From Fidelibacterota bacterium (GTDB lineage: Bacteria; Fidelibacterota; Marinisomatia; SCGC-AAA003-L08; D37C17), in NCBI GenBank assembly GCA_018671635.1, contig JABHHG010000152.1, forward strand, positions 1 to 34,082: a stretch of DNA of 34,082 nt, in the 5' to 3' direction. Of the stretch, positions 28,318-34,082 are shown piece after piece. A program made the translations under genes and the position numbers. Each line of letters starts with the position of its first letter. Within the stretch, counting starts at the first letter, position 1. The notes under the pieces were generated by a model. It was not told the origin of the DNA. It searched no databases and saw only the letters and a list, made by a program, of their open reading frames with translations.

Positions 28318-28866
28318 TTAAAGCATTCCCATTTGCAAACGGGCTTCATCGGTCATCATGTCACGGTCCCATTGTGGTTCCCAAACAAGGTTCACATTTA
28401 CATCCAAAACACCGGGTACGGTTCGTACTTTATTTTGCGCATCCTGAGCAATCATGGGACCCATTCCACAGCCTGGTGCGGTGAGGGTCATTTTGATATT
28501 TACAAAACTACCCCCCGTTGCCATATGCTCAATATTCATATCGTAAATCAAACCTAAATCCACAATATTCACTGGAATTTCTGGGTCAAAAACAGTCTTT
28601 AATTGATCCCAAACTAAATCCTTTTCTACTGGAATAGATAAGTCAACTTTGGATTCATCAACCTCATAAACAACAGGCTCTAGGCCAATTGCATCGGCAT
28701 CTTGCCCTGAAATTTTAACCAAATTTCCATTTACAAATAAGGTGTAATCACCCCCCAGCGCTTGTGTGATTCTAACTCGTGTACCTTTGATGAGCTTGAT
28801 TTCTTCACCCGCCGGGATTAAAGTTGCATCACAATCTCGAGTTACCGTTATGATTTCATTTTGCAT
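28318..28866 (-). CDS. sufT: Fe-S assembly protein SufT (DUF59)
   Basis: ITQALGG N-domain; FDPEIPVNIVDLGLIY and MTLTAPGCGMG. Confidence 0.93.
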   Translation of the reverse strand: MQNEIITVTRDCDATLIPAGEEIKLIKGTRVRITQALGGDYTLFVNGNLVKISGQDADAIGLEPVVYEVDESKVDLSIPVEKDLVWDQLKTVFDPEIPVNIVDLGLIYDMNIEHMATGGSFVNIKMTLTAPGCGMGPMIAQDAQNKVRTVPGVLDVNVNLVWEPQWDRDMMTDEARLQMGML

Positions 28867-29284
28867 TTTCTAATTCCTGAATTTCTTGATGAATTTTATT
28901 AATGGCGGAAATGAATCCGTTTGTTCGTTGACTGGTGATGCTTCGATTTAATCCAATATTTCCCAAAATATCTTTCGCCTCTACAGATAAGACTTCTTCT
29001 GCGGTCCGTCCATCCAATAATTTTTCAAGGATGTTGAGGAGTCCTCGCACTATGAATGCATCTGAATCAGTTCGGACTAAAAAAGTATTATCATTATTTT
29101 GAGTACATTTCACCCATGCTTGTGAAGTACAACCCGTTATTTTTGTATTTTCATTCCTATCAATCTCATCCAATCCCTTTGAACTCTTTCCCACATCGAT
29201 AATTTGAGCGAACTTGTCCATAGGGTCGTCAAAAAATGAGAATAACTCTTTAAATTCTGCTAATTGATCGTCAATTGAGGGCAT
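28856..29284 (-). CDS. sufE: SufE sulfur-acceptor protein
   Basis: KITGCTSQAW, DSDAFIVRGL and SQRTNG. Start reset to ATG 29284 to avoid overlap with sufD. Confidence 0.92.
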   Translation of the reverse strand: MPSIDDQLAEFKELFSFFDDPMDKFAQIIDVGKSSKGLDEIDRNENTKITGCTSQAWVKCTQNNDNTFLVRTDSDAFIVRGLLNILEKLLDGRTAEEVLSVEAKDILGNIGLNRSITSQRTNGFISAINKIHQEIQELENAK

Positions 29285-29292
29285 ATTTATTA

Positions 29293-30546
29293 TTAGGCTA
29301 TCCATGTATTCATTTTTTTATCTATATAATTTTTAATGGGCTCAAATTTAATTTTCTCCATCACCTCAATCACAAATCCTGAAACGAGTAAAACAAAGGC
29401 TTCATTTTTCGGAATCCCCCGAGATTGAAAATAAAATAAGGCATCATCATCTAATTGACCCGTAGTGGAGCCATGACTACATTTTACATCATCCGCATAT
29501 ATTTCTAATTGAGGGTTAGAATTCATTTTAGCTGATTTTGACAGTAGTAAATTTTTATTTGATTGATGAGCTACAATCTTTTGGGCATCCTTTTGAACCA
29601 CCGTACGCCCATTAAATACCCCTGTAGATTTATCAAATAGTACTGATTTTACAATTTGTGAACTATCAGTATGGGGGCAATTATGATTCACAACAATATT
29701 ATTATCAAGATGCTGAGTCCCCCTAGAAAGAGAGAGGCAATTAATTCTACATTCTGAATTTTCGCCATTTAAATCCACATAGATATTGTTTCTTGAAAAT
29801 TTTCCCCCATCCTCATATTGATAAAAATTATATTGACTATCTTCAAATTGTTCTACATGGAGGTTGGCCATATGATGTGTATTTTCAGAACTTGATTGAA
29901 TCCGAATATGCTCAACTTCCGAATTTTTCTCAATTGTAATATACACAGCTTCATTTTGAAATAGTGATGTTGCATTTCCCACATATTCTTCAATAAAAGT
30001 AAGCAAACTACCCGATTCAATATCAATATGTAGTCGAGGATTTACCATAATTGAACTATCTCCATCAGAGATAAATAATATTCTAACGGGAGTTCCTACA
30101 ATAGTATTTTTACCAACAATCAGGCAAACTCCACTATCCATAAATGCTGTATTTAATAAGTCAAATGGTGATTTTTCAGAATGATTTAATTGATTATTTT
30201 TTAGCTCATTATACTCAGAACCAGTTAACAACTGAACACCTTCAGGAACACTTGAAATATCTTGTTGAAAATGACCATTGTAAATCACAATGGTTTGTAG
30301 GTCTTCAATTTTATAATTAGAAATATCAGGAGTTTTCTGGGGCGCATCCTTAACTTCAGAAATTAAATAATGATTCTCTTTTAATGCTGATAAATTAGTA
30401 AAACGCCAATTCTCCCACTTTTGAGTTGGGAATCCTATTGCTTCAAATTTTGAAAATGCATCTTTTCGTACCGGGTGTAATTCTGGTGAAAAATACTTTC
30501 TATCTAATAACTTTTGAAACTCATTTTGGAAATTAGTAAGGCTCAT
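29293..30546 (-). CDS. sufD: Fe-S assembly protein SufD
   Basis: ENWRFTNL, NPQLEIYADDVKCSHGSTTGQLD and LFYFQSRGI. Confidence 0.95.
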   Translation of the reverse strand: MSLTNFQNEFQKLLDRKYFSPELHPVRKDAFSKFEAIGFPTQKWENWRFTNLSALKENHYLISEVKDAPQKTPDISNYKIEDLQTIVIYNGHFQQDISSVPEGVQLLTGSEYNELKNNQLNHSEKSPFDLLNTAFMDSGVCLIVGKNTIVGTPVRILFISDGDSSIMVNPRLHIDIESGSLLTFIEEYVGNATSLFQNEAVYITIEKNSEVEHIRIQSSSENTHHMANLHVEQFEDSQYNFYQYEDGGKFSRNNIYVDLNGENSECRINCLSLSRGTQHLDNNIVVNHNCPHTDSSQIVKSVLFDKSTGVFNGRTVVQKDAQKIVAHQSNKNLLLSKSAKMNSNPQLEIYADDVKCSHGSTTGQLDDDALFYFQSRGIPKNEAFVLLVSGFVIEVMEKIKFEPIKNYIDKKMNTWIA

Positions 30547-30547
30547 T

Positions 30548-31282
30548 TTAAATCCAACTATAGCCTTTTTCTTCTAATTCATGGGCTAATTCTTTTGGGC
30601 CTGATTTTACAATTTTACCATTCATCAATACGTGAATAAAATCGGGCTTCATATAGTTTAGCATGCGTTGATAATGGGTAATCAAAATGAAAGCTCTATC
30701 GTTATTTCGATAATTATTAATACCTTCTGCGACAATACGTAATGCATCAATATCTAAACCTGAATCAGTTTCATCTAAAATTGCAAGTTTAGGTTCAAGG
30801 GAAATCATTTGCAGGATTTCATTTCGTTTTTTTTCACCGCCAGAAAAACCTTCATTTACAGGTCGATGAATGAAACTATCATCAAGTTCAACTACTTTCA
30901 GTTTTTCACGAATCATTTTTAAAAAGGTCACCGCGTCCAACTCATCATCCCCACGATACTTTCGTACAGCATTTACAGCTGCTTTCAAGAAATACATATT
31001 ATTAACGCCGGGTATGGCAACAGGATATTGAAAGGATAAAAACATTCCCTCACCTGCACGGTTTTCAGGGAGCATATCTACCAATGAGTTTCCACTAAAT
31101 TCCATTTTACCTTGTGTAACTTCAAATTTATCACGACCGGCTAATACATTTGCCAGTGTACTTTTACCGGCACCATTTGGTCCCATAATTACATGGAGCT
31201 CTCCCGGTTTTACCGAAAGGTTTACTCCCTTTAATATTTCTTTGCCCTCAACTTGAGCATGTAAATTTTTAATTTTTAGCAT
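30548..31282 (-). CDS. sufC: Fe-S assembly ATPase SufC
   Basis: GPNGAGKST, NEGFSGGEKKRNEILQ, LDETDSGLDIDAL and ITHYQR. Confidence 0.97.
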   Translation of the reverse strand: MLKIKNLHAQVEGKEILKGVNLSVKPGELHVIMGPNGAGKSTLANVLAGRDKFEVTQGKMEFSGNSLVDMLPENRAGEGMFLSFQYPVAIPGVNNMYFLKAAVNAVRKYRGDDELDAVTFLKMIREKLKVVELDDSFIHRPVNEGFSGGEKKRNEILQMISLEPKLAILDETDSGLDIDALRIVAEGINNYRNNDRAFILITHYQRMLNYMKPDFIHVLMNGKIVKSGPKELAHELEEKGYSWI

Positions 31283-32730
31283 TATCCTACACTTCCTTCT
31301 AATGTAACTTCCATCAGTTTTTGAGCCTCAACAGCAAATTCCATGGGCAATTCTTTGAAGACTTCTTTACAAAATCCATTCACAATCATAGAAACTGCAT
31401 TTTCAGTAGAGAGCCCTCGAGAATTACAGTAAAAGAGCTGATCTTCTCCAATATTGGAAGTAGTTGCTTCGTGTTCCATTTGTGCCGTTGAATTTCTAAC
31501 ATCAATATATGGGAATGTATGTGCTCCACATTTATCACCAATTAAGATAGAGTCACATTGCGAAAAATTTCGAGAGTTTTCAGCATTCTTCATAATTTTT
31601 ACTTCACCACGATAGGTTTGCTGACCATGCCCTGCAGAGATTCCTTTTGAGATAATGGTACTTTTGGTATTCTTCCCAATATGAATCATCTTCGTACCCG
31701 TATCTGCTTGTTGATAATTATTTGTAACGGCCACAGAATAAAACTCTCCTATACTGTTTTCACCTTGGAGAATACAACTTGGATACTTCCATGTTACCGC
31801 TGAACCCGTTTCAACTTGGGTCCATGAAATTTTAGAGTTTTCTCCACGACAGGCACCTCGTTTTGTCACAAAATTATAGATTCCACCCTTACCATTTTTA
31901 TCCCCTGGATACCAATTTTGAACTGTAGAATATTTAATTTCAGCATTGTCTAATGTGATTAATTCAACCACTGCCGCATGGAGCTGATTCTCATCTCGCA
32001 TGGGTGCAGTACAGCCTTCTAAATAGCTCACATAAGAGCCTTCTTCAGCCACAATAAGTGTGCGTTCAAACTGACCTGTGTTTGATGCATTTATTCTGAA
32101 ATAAGTGGAGAGTTCCATGGGGCATCGTGTATTTTTGGGGATGTACACAAATGATCCATCGCTAAATACCGCTGCATTTAATGCTGCATAAAAGTTATCG
32201 GTATGCGGTACAACGGAGCCTAAATATTGTTTCACCAATTCAGGGTAATCTTTAACCGCTTCAGAAAAGGAACAAAAAATTACGCCTGCTTTTGCCAAAT
32301 CTTCTCTAAAAGTTGTGGCAATTGAGACCGAATCAAAAACCGCATCTACTGCCACATTTGCTAGCATTTTTTGTTCGTCGAGTGGAATTCCAAGTTTGTT
32401 ATAGGTATCCAATATTTCAGGATCCACTTCATCTAAACTATCTAATTTCTTCTTGGGTTTTGGTGCAGCATAATAACTTATAGATTGGAAATCAATTTCA
32501 GGATAATCCACTAATGCCCATGTGGGTTCAGTTAAAGTTTTCCAATGACTAAAGGCTTTTAGGCGATAATCTAATAGCCATTCTGGTTCGCCCTTTTTTT
32601 CTGAAATGAATCGAACTGTATTCTCATCTAAACCTGGAGGTAATTTTTCTTGTTCAACATCAGTTACAAAACCATACTTATAGTCTTGACTGACAGCATC
32701 ATCTATTATTTTTTGTTCGTCTGTTTTCAA
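31282..32730 (-). CDS. sufB: Fe-S assembly scaffold SufB
   Basis: [34 protein letters not shown] and EHEATTS; TTG start. Confidence 0.97.
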   Translation of the reverse strand: MKTDEQKIIDDAVSQDYKYGFVTDVEQEKLPPGLDENTVRFISEKKGEPEWLLDYRLKAFSHWKTLTEPTWALVDYPEIDFQSISYYAAPKPKKKLDSLDEVDPEILDTYNKLGIPLDEQKMLANVAVDAVFDSVSIATTFREDLAKAGVIFCSFSEAVKDYPELVKQYLGSVVPHTDNFYAALNAAVFSDGSFVYIPKNTRCPMELSTYFRINASNTGQFERTLIVAEEGSYVSYLEGCTAPMRDENQLHAAVVELITLDNAEIKYSTVQNWYPGDKNGKGGIYNFVTKRGACRGENSKISWTQVETGSAVTWKYPSCILQGENSIGEFYSVAVTNNYQQADTGTKMIHIGKNTKSTIISKGISAGHGQQTYRGEVKIMKNAENSRNFSQCDSILIGDKCGAHTFPYIDVRNSTAQMEHEATTSNIGEDQLFYCNSRGLSTENAVSMIVNGFCKEVFKELPMEFAVEAQKLMEVTLEGSVG

Positions 32731-32731
32731 T

Positions 32732-32766
32732 TCATAGCTATTCGCGATTAGCTTTTAGCAATTAGC
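32732..32766. repeat. Heptamer tandem repeats (NNTTAGC) at the 3' end of the four-helix-bundle gene
   Basis: TCATAGC TATTCGC GATTAGC TTTTAGC AATTAGC. Confidence 0.75.
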
Positions 32767-33119
32767 GAATCCTTAATTTTAGCAATCAATCCATTTAACA
32801 TTTTCTGCCCCTCAGTAAGATTCCAAAAAATTGGTTGCATTTCATTGGCTTTTGCCAAACGAGTATTAACAGTAATCTGAATTAATGTCTCTATTTCAAA
32901 TGCCGATCCCAAGGAAATTTCTAAAAATCTTTTGAAATCTTTTTCACTGGTTCTACTACATCCCTCAGCAATATTAGCAGGAATAGAAACACTTGCTCTT
33001 TGAATTTGACTTATCAACCCAAATCTTTCAGAGAAAGGTAATGTTTTTGTGAAATCATATGTAGAATTAACAATATCCATACCTAACTGCCATACTTTAA
33101 ATTCTTTATATTTTCTCAT
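32748..33119 (-). CDS. Four helix bundle protein (23S rRNA intervening-sequence protein / Avd-like family)
   Basis: VWQ...[27 protein letters not shown]...[19 protein letters not shown]. Confidence 0.93.
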   Translation of the reverse strand: MRKYKEFKVWQLGMDIVNSTYDFTKTLPFSERFGLISQIQRASVSIPANIAEGCSRTSEKDFKRFLEISLGSAFEIETLIQITVNTRLAKANEMQPIFWNLTEGQKMLNGLIAKIKDSLIAKS

Positions 33120-33148
33120 TCCAGGAACTCCAATTATTTTTTATGAAG

Positions 33149-33176
33149 GCTAAAAGCTAATAGCTAAAGGCTATAT
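33149..33176. repeat. Heptamer tandem repeats (GCTAANN) upstream of the four-helix-bundle gene, inverted relative to 32732-32766
   Basis: GCTAAAA GCTAATA GCTAAAG GCTATAT. Confidence 0.8.
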
Positions 33177-33536
33177 TTACACTGAAAAACTAGTTCCACA
33201 CCCACAGGTGCGTTCAGCATTTGGATTATTAATCTGGAATCCACCTGAGAGCATATCATCAGAAAAATCTACTTCAGTACCCTTTAAATACAACCATGAT
33301 TTCAAGTCACAATAAACTTTTATTCCATTTGAATCATAGACTTTATCGAACTCACCTTGCTTATTATCGAAGCTCATATTGTAAGTCATTCCAGAGCATC
33401 CACCGCCTACAACCGAAACACGCAGACCATAGCCCACTTTTCCTTCGCCTTCTAATATTACTTTTACACGATTTGCTGCCTTTATAGAAACCGATATTTC
33501 TTCATTTGTAATTGGTGTTTGAATTGTGTCAGTCAT
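33177..33536 (-). CDS. sufA: A-type Fe-S carrier (HesB/IscA/SufA family)
   Basis: GLRVSVVGGGCSGMTY and NPNAERTCGCGTSF; sits within the suf operon. Confidence 0.9.
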   Translation of the reverse strand: MTDTIQTPITNEEISVSIKAANRVKVILEGEGKVGYGLRVSVVGGGCSGMTYNMSFDNKQGEFDKVYDSNGIKVYCDLKSWLYLKGTEVDFSDDMLSGGFQINNPNAERTCGCGTSFSV

Positions 33537-33545
33537 GGTATACCT

Positions 33546-33944
33546 CTATTGTGTAATTTCACTGAGTGAAATATTGCTAAACATAGTTTTTAAATTTTTA
33601 TTTATGATTTTTATGGGTTGACGGATATTGCAAACATCCATGAGAGAACAATCAGAATCGGTGGTACACTCTACAAGGCCCTGTGGACCTTCCATCTTCT
33701 CAATAAAATCTAAAAAGCTTAGATTGTCTAAAGATTCAATTACTTTATACCCACCATGAGGACCTTGAACTGCATGAACGATTTCTAACTTTGCAAGTTG
33801 CTGTAATGTTTTTGCTAAAATTTCTTGGGGAATAGCAAATTTTACAGCAATCTCTTTTGTCGTGCTGAGTTCATTCTCTTCCTTATGTTGCATATGACTT
33901 AAGGCGATGAGAGAATATTCTAATTTTCGTGTTAATTTTAACAT
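33546..33944 (-). CDS. Rrf2 family (IscR-like) Fe-S regulator heading the suf operon
   Basis: Winged helix with QGPHGGY; C-x5-C-x5-C (ECTTDSDCSLMDVC). Confidence 0.92.
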   Translation of the reverse strand: MLKLTRKLEYSLIALSHMQHKEENELSTTKEIAVKFAIPQEILAKTLQQLAKLEIVHAVQGPHGGYKVIESLDNLSFLDFIEKMEGPQGLVECTTDSDCSLMDVCNIRQPIKIINKNLKTMFSNISLSEITQ

Positions 33945-34007
33945 GATATTTTTACTACTTTACAGTTGAGGAAATTTACAGATAGGATATTTATGAGTAC
34001 AAGAACT

Positions 34008-34032
34008 AAATACGACTAAAAATATCGGGTAT
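34008..34032 (-). promoter_or_regulatory. Candidate IscR type-1-like operator
   Basis: Minus strand ATACCCGATATTTTTAGTCGTATTT, 25 bp, imperfect dyad, about 64 nt upstream of the Rrf2 start. Confidence 0.6.
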
Positions 34033-34082
34033 ATCTTTTATAGAAGGGCTAAACCTCTTTTTATGACCGTGCCTAAATCAGA

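Noticed and set aside
32748..33119. Diversity-generating retroelement, because the protein is Avd-like
   Set aside because: No reverse transcriptase and no template/variable repeat pair was seen in the window.
1017..33487. Short antisense or alternate-frame ORFs (e.g. 1017..1292, 2012..2236, 10506..10973, 10970..11287, 19101..19355, 28228..28557, 33296..33487)
   Set aside because: They are shadows of well-supported genes and have no recognisable motifs or RBS.
1..34082. CRISPR array, rRNA, tRNA-Sec or further Sec codons (e.g. in HesB/SufA or GrxD)
   Set aside because: No repeat-spacer array or rRNA was seen, the only tRNA is Leu(TAG), and SufA and GrxD have ordinary Cys codons. The other TGA stops end complete-looking proteins.

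Overview
AT-rich (roughly 35% GC by eye) bacterial window. The gene repertoire (dockerin-tagged secreted proteins, an FCB-type C-terminal secretion domain, alkB) suggests marine Marinimicrobia/SAR406 or a related FCB lineage; this is an inference. From left to right it holds: a tyrosine-catabolism operon (HisC-type aminotransferase, hppD, hmgA, VOC protein, flavin reductase); a divergent stand-alone AprA-MT-like methyltransferase; a subtilase with FG-GAP repeats and a dockerin; a 1019-aa secreted protein; a DUF1801/MATE deletion scar; an amidohydrolase and a paraoxonase-like lactonase; tetR-alkB with tandem operator-like sites; tRNA-Leu(TAG); an operon of dockerin-bearing secreted proteins; a 2OG-Fe(II) oxygenase; grxD; and a full Rrf2-sufA-B-C-D-E-T-S operon interrupted by a four-helix-bundle gene with inverted heptamer-repeat flanks. 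The best finding is a gene the ORF track breaks apart (25264..23352, minus strand). It looks like a secreted selenoprotein: signal peptide, LVIVD repeats, Ig-like domain, thioredoxin fold with U-P-V-C at an in-frame TGA followed by a SECIS-like hairpin, and a dockerin. Its 5' end is frameshifted by an exact 14-bp tandem duplication.
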